Below are positions 9,183 to 21,799 of a DNA stretch of 64,000 nt, one piece after another. Every line of letters starts with the position of its first letter. The first letter of the stretch is position 1. The position numbers and the translations under genes were made by a program. The stretch lies in assembly GCA_013359125.1 (NCBI GenBank), contig JABWCR010000004.1, positions 84,607 through 148,606 on the forward strand, in the 5' to 3' direction. The DNA is from Armatimonadota bacterium. Lineage in GTDB: Bacteria; Armatimonadota; Fimbriimonadia; Fimbriimonadales; GBS-DC. The notes under the pieces are model-generated. The model was given only the letters and a program-made list of their open reading frames with translations. It made no database searches and was not told the origin of the DNA.

Positions 9183-9812
9183 ATGAGAACCGCAAAGCTT
9201 CTACTCGCCGCACTGTCGTGCGCAACACTGATGTTCGCTGGAGCCTATAAGGCTGACGCTATCGTAACGTACAACTTCAACGTCGTATACACCGGCGGCA
9301 CTCCGGACGGTCCGCCTGCTTGGGCGTCGCTGACGATCACCAACTTTGATACCGACGTTGTTCGAATGTCGCTGACGGCCAACTGGGACGGCACCCTGTT
9401 CCCCGACCAGTTCATTCGGGACATGTATCTGAACATCAGCCCGTTTTTGAACGCTACGTTGGTTGCGGGCAGCGTGTCTGGTCCTGCCAACATTACAGGA
9501 GTTACCTCTTCTGAAAATGGGATTAACGGCGCTGCGGGAACGGCGTTCGATCATCTGGTCGACTTTCAGGTTTCAGGCGGGCCAGGGCGTTTGACCGGTG
9601 GGGAAACGGTATCTTGGAGGGTTACTGCTCCCGGACTGACCGAAACGCACTTTATGGCCGTTGAGCCCAATATGGGTCTGGAGGCCGGAATGCACATTCA
9701 GGGCATCACGGGCGGCCTGTCGGGTCACGTTACGACTCCCGAGCCTGCGAGCCTTTTTGGCATCAGCGCAGGTCTTTTGGCGCTGGTTCGCGCTCGACGC
9801 AACCGCAAGTAA
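9183..9812 (+). CDS. secreted PEP-CTERM-anchored protein (paralog B)
   Basis: Same 209-aa length and largely collinear with 8377..9006. Signal peptide present. The C-terminus is TPEPASLFGISAGLLALVRARRNRK. Confidence 0.8.
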   Translation: MRTAKLLLAALSCATLMFAGAYKADAIVTYNFNVVYTGGTPDGPPAWASLTITNFDTDVVRMSLTANWDGTLFPDQFIRDMYLNISPFLNATLVAGSVSGPANITGVTSSENGINGAAGTAFDHLVDFQVSGGPGRLTGGETVSWRVTAPGLTETHFMAVEPNMGLEAGMHIQGITGGLSGHVTTPEPASLFGISAGLLALVRARRNRK

Positions 9813-9827
9813 GTAAGTCGGCACTTT

Positions 9828-9859
9828 GGGCGATCGGTCGTTCTCCGGTCGCCCTTTTT
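9828..9859 (+). terminator. rho-independent terminator
   Basis: GGGCGATCGG (9828-9837) pairs with CCGGTCGCCC (9845-9854) with one G-U pair, and is followed by TTTTT. Confidence 0.7.
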
Positions 9860-9864
9860 GCTGT

Positions 9865-12783
<2,919 letters not shown>

Positions 12784-12791
12784 CTGGCGAA

Positions 12792-13460
12792 TTATACCTG
12801 TGAAGCTGGCTCGTCCAGGTACCAATGGATATTGGGTTTGGTGATCCAGGCAACGGGCAGGGTTTGGTCGCCCGATGCGGTTTGTTTCAGGATGAGTCTC
12901 TTTCGCTCTCCCGTAGCCAGGAACCAGACGTGTTTGGCGAGATTTAGGTACCGTGGCGTGAGGGTCAGCCGTTGGTAGGGCTTGAACGGCGCGACGGTGG
13001 CTGCGGCGAATAGATCTGTGCGCCTCGTTTCCTCGTCGCCCGGGAAAATGGAAGCGGTATGGCCGTCCTCGCCAACGCCGAGAAGCACCAAGTCAAGTCC
13101 ATTCTGGGGCACGATTCGTGCGTAATTTTGTGCTACAACTTGCGGAGAATCCCGTTCAACGGCAAAAGGGAACAGGTCCTCGCGATCAGGTCTGATCGAG
13201 CTAAGCCACAATCGCCATGCCTCTCCAAAGTTGCTGTCCGGGCTATCGTAAGGCACGTATCGTTCGTCCGCCCAAAAGAAGCGAACGTTGTCGAGATTGC
13301 TGTTGCCAGCCGCAAGAACCTTGAAAATCGCTTGCGGGGTCGAGCCGCCGCTTAGGGCGATGTTGACCGTGCCATGTTGAGATGCGAACGAGATCAGGCG
13401 TTGCGCGACCGCCGTGGCGTACTCTTCTGGTTCGTAGATTGTTACTTCGCCAAACAGCAT
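12792..13460 (-). CDS. pgl: 6-phosphogluconolactonase
   Basis: NIALSGGSTPQAIF...WADERYVP...LVLLGVGEDGHTASIFPG. Confidence 0.8.
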   Translation of the reverse strand: MLFGEVTIYEPEEYATAVAQRLISFASQHGTVNIALSGGSTPQAIFKVLAAGNSNLDNVRFFWADERYVPYDSPDSNFGEAWRLWLSSIRPDREDLFPFAVERDSPQVVAQNYARIVPQNGLDLVLLGVGEDGHTASIFPGDEETRRTDLFAAATVAPFKPYQRLTLTPRYLNLAKHVWFLATGERKRLILKQTASGDQTLPVAWITKPNIHWYLDEPASQV

Positions 13461-13529
13461 CCTATCGGCATTTTACCTATCGTACCGAGTATAATCGGAG
13501 GCACCAATCCTTTAGGAGGAGCAGTGCAA

Positions 13530-14237
13530 ATGAAATTCGCATCTAAATGGGCCGGCTTGATCGCTGTTCTTGCTCTCGCGGCATCTGCGCCAGCCCAAGA
13601 CGGGGTGAAGCTGAAGCGAGTCGCTAAGACGGGCGACACGATGGTTTACAAGATGAGCGCTCTGGTGGACTTTCAGGGCACCGAGATTGTTTTTAGCGCA
13701 ACGGTTACCGAGAAGGTTACCAATGTTGCTTCGGACGGGAAGATTACCGTTGAATCGAAGCAGGGCGACGTGAAGGTGAAGTTTGGCGATCAGGAGATGA
13801 ACCAGGAAGGCATGGAGATGACGAGCACCGTCGTTTCTGCCGCCAATGGAGCTGTCGTCGAGCTGAAAGGCGACGACACGGGTTCCGACGCCTATCGGCG
13901 CGCCAACATGATGGGGTTCATCTTCCCCGACAACGCATTGACCGTCGGCCACAAGTGGAGCCAGGAGTACAAGGCCGACACGAAGACTGGAGCGGTCGCT
14001 GCGAAGGCCGAGTATGAGGTCGTCGCTATGGAGAAGGTCAATTCTTGGGATTCGATCAAGATCAAGTTCTCTTATAAAGAGACGGCGGGCGACAATCCGG
14101 CTTCCACAAGCGGCCACGTCTGGCTGAATACGGCGGACGGCTCGTTGATCAAAGTCGTTACCGACGTGAAGGCGATGCCTGTCGCTGGCGCTCCGATGCC
14201 GATCGACGGCAAGATCACGATGGAGCGAACAAAGTAG
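13530..14237 (+). CDS. secreted hypothetical protein
   Basis: The ATG at 13530 follows AGGAGGA (13514-13520). The signal peptide is MKFASKWAGLIAVLALAASAPAQD. The sequence looks beta-rich, with no recognised motif. Confidence 0.6.
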   Translation: MKFASKWAGLIAVLALAASAPAQDGVKLKRVAKTGDTMVYKMSALVDFQGTEIVFSATVTEKVTNVASDGKITVESKQGDVKVKFGDQEMNQEGMEMTSTVVSAANGAVVELKGDDTGSDAYRRANMMGFIFPDNALTVGHKWSQEYKADTKTGAVAAKAEYEVVAMEKVNSWDSIKIKFSYKETAGDNPASTSGHVWLNTADGSLIKVVTDVKAMPVAGAPMPIDGKITMERTK

Positions 14238-14246
14238 GTTTCTCTC

Positions 14247-14275
14247 GGGCAGGCGGCCATCGCCTGCCCGCTTTG
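14247..14275 (+). terminator. hairpin between convergent genes (possible terminator)
   Basis: A perfect 9-bp stem pairs GGGCAGGCG (14247-14255) with CGCCTGCCC (14261-14269) around a 5-nt loop. The T-tract (GCTTT) is weak. Confidence 0.45.
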
Positions 14276-14276
14276 A

Positions 14277-16208
14277 TCATCCTGGCTGTGCTCGAGGTCG
14301 TAGTCTGACCTTGGTTTGGGTTGTATCTTCTTCTTCCTCTTCGTCCGGCTCTTCGGCAACTTTGGGAGCGGTCGGCGGTTTATCGTTGGAGTGGGGCGTC
14401 TCCATGCCCAGCAGTTCTAGGAACTCCTCTCGATTGAGATTTTCTCTTTCGAGCAAGGCTTGGACGATAAAGTCCATCTTGTCCTTATGTTCTATCAGGA
14501 TGCTCCGCGCCCGCTCGTAGGCCGATTCAACTATTTGGCGAACCTCTTGATCGATCTCAAAGGCGACCTGTTCGCTGTAGTTTCGGTCTTCCATTAGGTC
14601 GCGGCCAAGGAAAGGGTTGCCGTGGCGGCGCCCAAACGTAAGCGGTCCCAGCTTTTCGCTCATGCCGTACTCGGTCGCCATTGCGCGCGCGAGTTCGGTC
14701 GCTCGTTCAAGGTCGTTGCTCGCGCCGGTGCTCACGTCTCCAAAAACGATTTCTTCCGCTATGCGGCCACCCAGCAATCCAGCGATCATATCGGTAAGGC
14801 GAGCCTTAGAACTAAGGCGCTTATCCGAATCGGGCAGATTGATGGTGTAACCGAGCGCCATGCCTCGCGGCAGTATCGAAACCTTGTGCACGGGGTCGCC
14901 GTGGGGCACCAGTTCGCCGACGATGGCGTGGCCGACTTCGTGATAGGCGACTATCTGTCGTTCCTTCTCATCCAGCGTACGGCTGCGCCGTTGCGGGCCG
15001 GCCAACACTCGATCGATCGCCTCGTCAAAGTCGTCCATTTCGATTTTGGTCTTGTCTCTGCGGGCGGCTAAGAGCGCCGCTTCGTTGACCAAGTTGGCCA
15101 GATCGGCGCCGGTAAAGCCGGGACTTCGCTTGGAGAGCACCTCGCTGTTGACGTTTCGCGCCAATGGCTTGCCGCGCATGTGGACTTCCAGAATCTGTTG
15201 TCGTCCCTTTTGATCGGGCGGATCGACGACCACTTGTCGATCAAATCGGCCTGGCCTGAGCAGCGCGGGATCTAGGATGTCTGGACGGTTGGTCGCCGCA
15301 ATCATGATGATGCCAATGTTGGGGTCAAAACCGTCCATCTCTACGAGGAGTTGGTTCAGGGTCTGTTCGCGCTCATCGTGACCGCCTCCCAGTCCGGCGC
15401 CTCGCAATCGACCGACGGCATCGATCTCATCTATAAAAATCAGTGCAGGACGGTTGGCTTTGGCGTTCTCGAAAAGATCGCGCACGCGCGCGGCGCCGAC
15501 GCCCACGAACATTTCGACAAAGTCGGAACCGCTGATGTGGAAAAAGGGCACGCCCGCCTCGCCCGCGACCGCCCGCGCAAGCAGCGTCTTGCCGCATCCT
15601 GGGGGACCAAGCAACAAGATTCCCTTCGGGATCTTTGCGCCCAGCGACTGATACTTCTTGGTATTCTTGAGGTAGTCGACGACCTCGGCCAACTCGATCT
15701 TGGCTTCTTCGACGCCGGCGACATCAGAAAACGTTACCTTGGGCACGCTTTCGTTGTACCTTCGGGCGCGGGCTTTGCCAAAGGAGAAGGCCTGGCTGCT
15801 GCCAGCCTGCGCCGTTTTGTTCATGATCAGCCAGAAGACGACCAGGATGATGATGAAGACGAGAATCCATCCGCCGATCTGCATGATCATGTCCGAGACC
15901 GCGGTATCGACGTACTCAAACTGTACTTTGTTATCGACTAAGAGCTTCTCGAGATCGCGGCGACTGCTCTCTCCTTTAGGCAGTTCTACAAAAAAGAGAC
16001 CGCCGTTGTTCGCATACTCTCCGTTAAATCGGTTCTTTTCAAAGGTCCCTTTCAAGACGCTGCCACCCTCGATCTTGGTTAAAAACTGAGAGTAGTTCAG
16101 CTTCTCCGGACTTTGGCCGCCAAATAGCGATGGACGAGTCTGCATCAAGAACATGAGCAGAATCATCCCGCAGCTTATGATTAGCAACGTTCGCGCGCTT
16201 TTACTCAA
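14277..16208 (-). CDS. ftsH: ATP-dependent zinc metalloprotease FtsH
   Basis: Two N-terminal TM segments, Walker [12 protein letters not shown], a Walker B/SRH region (IIFIDEIDA-like... [19 protein letters not shown]), and the zinc motif HEVGHAI. Confidence 0.95.
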   Translation of the reverse strand: MSKSARTLLIISCGMILLMFLMQTRPSLFGGQSPEKLNYSQFLTKIEGGSVLKGTFEKNRFNGEYANNGGLFFVELPKGESSRRDLEKLLVDNKVQFEYVDTAVSDMIMQIGGWILVFIIILVVFWLIMNKTAQAGSSQAFSFGKARARRYNESVPKVTFSDVAGVEEAKIELAEVVDYLKNTKKYQSLGAKIPKGILLLGPPGCGKTLLARAVAGEAGVPFFHISGSDFVEMFVGVGAARVRDLFENAKANRPALIFIDEIDAVGRLRGAGLGGGHDEREQTLNQLLVEMDGFDPNIGIIMIAATNRPDILDPALLRPGRFDRQVVVDPPDQKGRQQILEVHMRGKPLARNVNSEVLSKRSPGFTGADLANLVNEAALLAARRDKTKIEMDDFDEAIDRVLAGPQRRSRTLDEKERQIVAYHEVGHAIVGELVPHGDPVHKVSILPRGMALGYTINLPDSDKRLSSKARLTDMIAGLLGGRIAEEIVFGDVSTGASNDLERATELARAMATEYGMSEKLGPLTFGRRHGNPFLGRDLMEDRNYSEQVAFEIDQEVRQIVESAYERARSILIEHKDKMDFIVQALLERENLNREEFLELLGMETPHSNDKPPTAPKVAEEPDEEEEEDTTQTKVRLRPRAQPG

Positions 16209-16261
16209 ATGGCTCCTCCTCGGATTCGGGCCGTGCCCGCTCTTTGATTATACCGATTTTC

Positions 16262-17557
16262 TTACTCGATGGTTTCTTCGTTTTGGACGACTCGGAGCGC
16301 GATTGCATTAGTCGTCGATTTAGCGATCTTGACCCTTTCGGCGATGGTGTATCCGGGGAACCATACAATTCCCATATTGTCGGCGATCATAGGCCAGTGC
16401 GGGCGGTTCTGTCGCGGGATCTTTCGGTCGATGAAAATGTCCGACAGAAGTTTGCTGCCGTTTAGTCCAAGCGGGGCCATGCGTTCGCGAGGTTGGGCGC
16501 TTCTGACAATGAGCGAGCCTGCAATCTTGTCGGCATCGATAGTGGCGGACATTGGGTCGGACGTTTCAACTTGGTCTGGCGGCGTCTCGCGCATGAAAAT
16601 GGTGAAGTTGCCCCAGCGCGTTTCGTTGGCGAGGCGCATAGGGCTAGGGGGCGCTATGGGTTGTAACGATAATCGAGCTTCGCTGTTCTTGACCTCGATA
16701 AGTCCCGCTGGAGTGGCAGTCTTCAGGTCTGATTGGTCTGCGATGGCTTTGGCGAGAGTGCGACTGGAGGCCAGGTCCAATTCTGGAAACTGTCGGCGCA
16801 GCGCGCGCCGAACGAGCGGCTCCGGCGGATTTGGACCAAGGTTTGCCGCAAGCTGATCGAGCAGCGCATCTTCTTCTTGAGCGATGTCGGCCAAGTCGCA
16901 CAGTTTCGTCTTCCAATGTGGCGCGATCTGATCAAGGGCAGGGGCAATGTTCTTTCGAACTTGAACGCGAAGTCGGGAAATATCCTCGTTCGTGCTGTCT
17001 TGGCATAGCGCAAGCCCGGAGTTAGAGACTGCTGCATGAACAAGGCTTCGAGGCGCATCGATCAGGGGTCGGACGATCGTCAGATCGCCATCGGTCCGAA
17101 TTGCTGGGATGCCGCCAAGCCCTTTCAGTCCCGAACCTCGAAGGATGTTCATCAGCACGGTCTCGGCACGGTCGTCTTGCGTGTGGCCGGTGGCGATGAT
17201 CTTGGCGCCGAATCTAATCGCCGCTGTCCGGAAGGAATCGTATCGCGCCTCTCGGCCGGCCTCTTCGATGTTCAGGCGCCTTTCCTTGGCTAACTTCGGC
17301 ACATCGACCTCGGCAAGTTCGAACTGTACGGAGAGCGCATGGCAAATGGCCTTGCATCGATCGACATCCGCACGGGCATCGTTTCGCATAAGGTGGTTTA
17401 CATGCAAAGCGATGGGCTCAATGTCTGGCAGTTGGCGGAGGCATAGGAGCAGGGCAGTGGAATCGGGTCCGCCGCTGAAGCCGACGATGACACGGCCTGA
17501 TAGCGGCATCTTCCGGTTTTCTATCGTTTTGCGAACGATACACAGCAGTCGCTCCAT
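16262..17557 (-). CDS. tilS: tRNA(Ile)-lysidine synthetase
   Basis: The PP-loop VGFSGGPDSTALL is present. The gene sits immediately upstream of ftsH, a common arrangement. Confidence 0.85.
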   Translation of the reverse strand: MERLLCIVRKTIENRKMPLSGRVIVGFSGGPDSTALLLCLRQLPDIEPIALHVNHLMRNDARADVDRCKAICHALSVQFELAEVDVPKLAKERRLNIEEAGREARYDSFRTAAIRFGAKIIATGHTQDDRAETVLMNILRGSGLKGLGGIPAIRTDGDLTIVRPLIDAPRSLVHAAVSNSGLALCQDSTNEDISRLRVQVRKNIAPALDQIAPHWKTKLCDLADIAQEEDALLDQLAANLGPNPPEPLVRRALRRQFPELDLASSRTLAKAIADQSDLKTATPAGLIEVKNSEARLSLQPIAPPSPMRLANETRWGNFTIFMRETPPDQVETSDPMSATIDADKIAGSLIVRSAQPRERMAPLGLNGSKLLSDIFIDRKIPRQNRPHWPMIADNMGIVWFPGYTIAERVKIAKSTTNAIALRVVQNEETIE

Positions 17558-17595
17558 TTGCTAAGGATACCGCGGTCAGGTAGGATGGGTTTGTC

Positions 17596-18465
17596 ATGCG
17601 GACAGCGGTCGCGCTGGGATTAGGCCAAGAACAGTTAGACGTTAAGCTTTGCTGCAACAGCGGGCAGGCCTTTCGGTGGATTCGGTCGGGCGACGAGTGG
17701 GTTGGCATCGATGGCCAGCGTTTGTTTCGATTGTGGTTGACCGACCTTGGCTGGGTCGGCGAATCAGAACCTCGGGCGGGCGACGAGGAGGCCCTCAGCC
17801 GCTATTTTCGGTTGGACGCCGATTTGAACGCAATTCGAAGTCGGATTGCAGTTTGCGATGAGCGGTGGGCACCGATCGTTGCCGGATTGCCAGGTTTGCG
17901 GCTGATACGATGGTCCGTGCCCGAAGAGTGCCTGATTTCCTTTCTTTGTACGTCGGCTAACAACATCCCTCGGATTACGGGCATGATAGCGCGACTGTGC
18001 GAGGCTTATGGAGAGCCCTTGAGAGGGGCGGGGAAGATGTTTCCCACTGTCGATCGGCTCTCATTGCTCGAGCCAGAGGCGCTTTATGCTCTGGGATTCG
18101 GGTATCGTGGGCGTACCGTGGCGAATGTGGCTCGATCGCTGGTCGAGCGCGGGGACGGATGGTTGGATTCTTTGCGAGAGGTCGGTTATTGGGAAGCAAA
18201 GCGAGAGTTGATGCAACTGCCAGGCGTAGGGGCAAAGATAGCCGATTGCGTCTTGTTGTTGGGTTTGGATTTTGCCGAGGCGGTTCCGGTCGACACGCAC
18301 CTGTGGCAGGCTGTGGCCAAGATCGCGCTGCCCGAGCTAAGGGGCGCCTCGATCACGGAAGCGAGGTACCGGATGGTCGTCGATTTCTTTCACGATCGAT
18401 TTGGCGCGCTGTCCAACTGGGCGCACCAGTATCTGTTTACGGCCCATTTGAGGGGCATGCTATGA
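17596..18465 (+). CDS. ogg: 8-oxoguanine DNA glycosylase / N-glycosylase-DNA lyase (OGG1 type, HhH-GPD)
   Basis: The N-terminus LCCNSGQAFRW is present. The HhH-GPD region reads LMQLPGVGAKIADCVLLLGL...VPVDTHLWQ. Confidence 0.75.
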   Translation: MRTAVALGLGQEQLDVKLCCNSGQAFRWIRSGDEWVGIDGQRLFRLWLTDLGWVGESEPRAGDEEALSRYFRLDADLNAIRSRIAVCDERWAPIVAGLPGLRLIRWSVPEECLISFLCTSANNIPRITGMIARLCEAYGEPLRGAGKMFPTVDRLSLLEPEALYALGFGYRGRTVANVARSLVERGDGWLDSLREVGYWEAKRELMQLPGVGAKIADCVLLLGLDFAEAVPVDTHLWQAVAKIALPELRGASITEARYRMVVDFFHDRFGALSNWAHQYLFTAHLRGML

Positions 18466-18872
18466 AACTCTGCTATGACGGGAACTGCCGGTTTTGCGCA
18501 AGGGCCGCGCGCTGGGTGCAAAAGAAGGTTCCCGCTATCCAGATAGAACCTCGGTCCGACCTCAGCGCTGTCGAACTCCATACTCAGGGCAGGGTTTATT
18601 CTGGGATGGAAGCGATCGTGGTCGCTCTTGCGCGACAAGGCGGCTTGTGGCATCTCTGGCGCGTTTACTATGCGCCTGGGGTTCGGCAAGCAATGAACGG
18701 GGCGTATGCGCTGTTTGCAGCCAACAGGCATAAATTGGGATGCGCTATAGAAGGGAGCGCTTCGCCTGTTCCAAGCGCGCCACCGTCCTCTCCTTGCCCA
18801 GCGCAGCGATCATCTCAAAGAGACCAGGACCGGTCGTCCGACCGCTCAGCGCCAAGCGAACGGGATGAATAA
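18462..18872 (+). CDS. DCC-family thiol-disulfide oxidoreductase (DUF393-like)
   Basis: The ATG at 18462 gives MKLCYDGNCRFCARAARWV, the DCC CxxC motif. Only the last 137 codons of track ORF 17997..18872 look genuine. The 3' end overlaps convergent gltX by 128 nt. Confidence 0.6.
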   Translation: MKLCYDGNCRFCARAARWVQKKVPAIQIEPRSDLSAVELHTQGRVYSGMEAIVVALARQGGLWHLWRVYYAPGVRQAMNGAYALFAANRHKLGCAIEGSASPVPSAPPSSPCPAQRSSQRDQDRSSDRSAPSERDE

Positions 18873-20181
18873 CGTGCCCGTTTGGAACGCCCAGCCATGC
18901 GATCGTGTCGCGCGTTACGCGCTCGATCTCCTCTGGTTCGAACCGTTCTAAGTCGGTGTAGCTGCGTATCAGGGCGTCCAGCATCTGGCCGATGTGCGGC
19001 ATCCCTTGCCATTTCTTGGCTGCCGCCTCATCCATTGCGATTCGGTCTGTAAAAAAGAACGAAAGCAGTTCGGGCAGTTCGGATAAGAGTTTGACCTTTT
19101 CTTGTTCTAAGGGGATGACTTTGCGGGCGTAATCCAGGTTTTCTTCCGCGACGATGCCAGCCTTTCTTAGAAACGGGACGGCGGCTTCGACAAACTCATC
19201 GATAGGCAGCCGTTTGATGTACTGGCCGTTCATCCACTTGAGTTTGTCATGGTGAAAGACGAACGGATTGGTGGAGATGCGATCGAGGCTGAAGTCCCGT
19301 ATGATTTCTTCGCGGCTCATGATTTCGCGCTCGTCTCCGGGCGACCAGCCGCAAAGCGCTAAGAAGTTGAACATCGCGTCGCTGAGGTAGCCCTGCTGGA
19401 TAAAGTCGCTGAACTGGACGGCGCCGTGCCTCTTGGAAAGTTTGCTGCCGTCCGGCCCCATCAGCAAGGGCACGTGGTTGAGCTTAGGGGGCTCCCAGCC
19501 CAACGCGGCGTAGAGCTGAACGTGCCGCGGCATCGAACTGATCCACTCGTCGCCTCGGATGACGTGCGTAATTTCCATCAGGTGGTCGTCCACCACATTG
19601 GCCAGATGGTAGGTTGGGTAGCCGTCCGATTTGAGCATTACAAAGTCGTCGACAAGGATGTTTCGGAACTCGATGAGACCGTGAATCCCGTCGTTGTATT
19701 GCGTAACGCCTTCGAGCGGCATGGCAAAGCGAACGACATAGGGATCGCCTTCGTGCGCCTTGACCTCATCCTTGCTGAGGCGACGGCAACGACGATCGTA
19801 GCCGGTCGGCTGTTTGCGGGCTTCCTGCTCCTTGCGCATAGCATCAAGGATCTCGGGCGTGCAGAAGCACTTGTAGGCTTTGCCCTCATCGACGAGCCGA
19901 TGGGCGATCTCTTGATAGATGTGCGTTCGTTCGGACTGATGGTAAGGCGCAAACGGCCCGCCGACGATTGGACCTTCGTCATAGTCCAGACCGAGCCACT
20001 GGATGGAGGCCAGGATGTCCTCCTCCGAACCTGGGACATACCGGTTGCGGTCTGTATCCTCGATTCGAACGATGAACTTTCCGCCGGAACCTCTTGCAAA
20101 GACCCAGTTGAACAGCGCGGTGCGAATGTTGCCTACGTGGGGCATGCCCGTGGGGCTGGGCGCATATCGAACTCTGACCAT
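18745..20181 (-). CDS. gltX: glutamyl-tRNA synthetase
   Basis: RYAPSPTGMPHVGNIRTALFNW is the HIGH-type motif. KLSKRHG is the KMSKS-type motif. Confidence 0.9.
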   Translation of the reverse strand: MVRVRYAPSPTGMPHVGNIRTALFNWVFARGSGGKFIVRIEDTDRNRYVPGSEEDILASIQWLGLDYDEGPIVGGPFAPYHQSERTHIYQEIAHRLVDEGKAYKCFCTPEILDAMRKEQEARKQPTGYDRRCRRLSKDEVKAHEGDPYVVRFAMPLEGVTQYNDGIHGLIEFRNILVDDFVMLKSDGYPTYHLANVVDDHLMEITHVIRGDEWISSMPRHVQLYAALGWEPPKLNHVPLLMGPDGSKLSKRHGAVQFSDFIQQGYLSDAMFNFLALCGWSPGDEREIMSREEIIRDFSLDRISTNPFVFHHDKLKWMNGQYIKRLPIDEFVEAAVPFLRKAGIVAEENLDYARKVIPLEQEKVKLLSELPELLSFFFTDRIAMDEAAAKKWQGMPHIGQMLDALIRSYTDLERFEPEEIERVTRDTIAWLGVPNGHVIHPVRLALSGRTTGPGLFEMIAALGKERTVARLEQAKRSLL

Positions 20182-20187
20182 TATCGA

Positions 20188-21282
20188 TTAGTGTCCATAG
20201 TAGGCATGGATCAGGTCTAAGGCGACCTCGCGGACGTTGTTCGACTGTGGCGCGCTTTGGCTCTTAACAATGGCTTTCACCGCTTTGGTCGGGTGAACTT
20301 TGCGCTGGGCAATTTGGTCGAGCCATGCGTCGGGGTCGGGAATCTCGAACTCAAAGCCGTTGACCGTAAGGAAAGAAAGCAGACCAATGAGAGCGGTCCT
20401 GCGATTGCCATCGCCAAACGGACGGTATAGGAGGGTCGAGGCAACAAACTGGCCTGCTTGCTTGGCCCAGTCCTTGCTTTCTCCATAGCCGTAAAGGAAG
20501 AACGCGCACTCTTCTAGGGCGTCAAATTCGTAAGAGTTCGTGCGTCCGGTAGCTTCAGAATTGATCCAAATGAGGTCTTGGAGCGTAAGGTATTGGTAAG
20601 AAAACGAAGGACCGGGCGCCGGTTCTAGCGCGATCGAATTGTGCTGGGCAATGAGCGATTCGGCTTTGACCAACTTGCTTCCGATCGCTCGCACCGCCGA
20701 TTCTGCGATTTCAAGCCAACGCCGGTCGTCTTTCTTCCCATCCGATGCTCCTGCGCACGCGCCCGGCAAATCTTCCTCGATTCGGGTCAAATCCACCTCG
20801 AATCCATTGGCTCGCAGGGTCGCATACGCCGCGCTGGCGGCGACCGCTGCATTACCAATCGGAAACGGCTTTCGGTCGAGGATCGCGTTGGCCAAAGCCA
20901 ATGCGTAGGCTCTAGGATCAAGTTTTTGGCCCGCAATTTCGAGGCAATCTTCTATCTCGGCCGAAGAGACGCTGCCTTGCTCGCTCGCAATCGACAGATG
21001 AAGCAAGATTAGTTCGCGGGCGGTCGGTTGACGAAATCGCCGTTCAAAGGGAATTAGGGCCGATGCTGCGTTTGAGAGCGCATTGAGTTCTGCGGCGCTC
21101 GCAATACCGGCCTGCGCTTTGCCCAGAATGTCAAGCGCGCCAACGTCCAGTTTGTCTTTTATGTATTCGGCTTCTGCAATGATCCTTCCCGCACGAACCT
21201 CTTTCAGCGGTCCGACTTCCTGAATCTCAAACGTCATACCGAAGAGTCCTCCGTGACCTGACGGCAAAACAGGCCGAGCCAA
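20188..21282 (-). CDS. tandem Doc/Fic-fold protein with degenerate active-site motifs
   Basis: The second half (YRPFGDGNRRTALIGLLSFLTVNGFEF) aligns with the P1 Doc motif HIFNDANKRTALNSALLFLRRNGVQV, with His replaced by Arg. The first half (RKPFPIGNAAVAASAAYATLRANGFEV) is a second, more degenerate copy. The stop lies 6 nt before the gltX start. Confidence 0.6.
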   Translation of the reverse strand: MARPVLPSGHGGLFGMTFEIQEVGPLKEVRAGRIIAEAEYIKDKLDVGALDILGKAQAGIASAAELNALSNAASALIPFERRFRQPTARELILLHLSIASEQGSVSSAEIEDCLEIAGQKLDPRAYALALANAILDRKPFPIGNAAVAASAAYATLRANGFEVDLTRIEEDLPGACAGASDGKKDDRRWLEIAESAVRAIGSKLVKAESLIAQHNSIALEPAPGPSFSYQYLTLQDLIWINSEATGRTNSYEFDALEECAFFLYGYGESKDWAKQAGQFVASTLLYRPFGDGNRRTALIGLLSFLTVNGFEFEIPDPDAWLDQIAQRKVHPTKAVKAIVKSQSAPQSNNVREVALDLIHAYYGH

Positions 21283-21325
21283 AGGGATCGCATTGGCTCA
21301 GCCTGTGAAATGTAGTCTGCAACGA

Positions 21326-21736
21326 TCAGCAACCGAGGCCGAAGTTTGAGAGTACGATTGCGAGGTCTGTGTCGTCGATTATCCCGTCATCGTTCTCGTC
21401 GCCAAGACCCGTGCCGCCGAAGCCGCCCAGCACGATTGCTAGATCGGTATCGTCGACGCAACCGTCCCAGTTGACATCACCGGCCAATCGGGGACGCCAG
21501 AATCCGCCCGTTAGCGTGAAGGCGCCTCCAGAGAGGGCATTGGCGCCCGTAGCGTCAGGCTGCCCCACGGTGCCGCCCATTTTGAAGGCGCCGCCCGTGG
21601 CAAAGGTGATTCCGCCGCCGTCGATCGTGTTCCAGGTTAGGTCAAACCCGCCGCCCGTCTGAGCGCTGGCGCCTACGATCAGGCACACCGAAAGAACGAC
21701 CATGAAGCCCGTCTTCTTAAAAAAGGATCCAACCAT
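21326..21736 (-). CDS. small secreted Gly-rich protein with a C-terminal GC-terminated dockerin-like module
   Basis: The ATG at 21736 follows AAGGAGG. A signal/TM segment FMVVLSVCLIVGASAQ is present. The C-terminus is GDVNWDGCVDDTDLAIVLGGFGGTGLGDENDDGIIDDTDLAIVLSNFGLGC-stop. Confidence 0.7.
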   Translation of the reverse strand: MVGSFFKKTGFMVVLSVCLIVGASAQTGGGFDLTWNTIDGGGITFATGGAFKMGGTVGQPDATGANALSGGAFTLTGGFWRPRLAGDVNWDGCVDDTDLAIVLGGFGGTGLGDENDDGIIDDTDLAIVLSNFGLGC

Positions 21737-21799
21737 CTCGCTGCCTCCTTTACGACCTGTGGATATTATACGCCACATCCGCCAGAGATTCCTTCCACG

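Noticed and set aside
17997-18461. Upstream 155 codons of track ORF 17997..18872
   Set aside because: These codons overlap the ogg gene in another frame. Only the part from the ATG at 18462 (MKLCYDGNCRFC...) looks like a real DCC-family protein.
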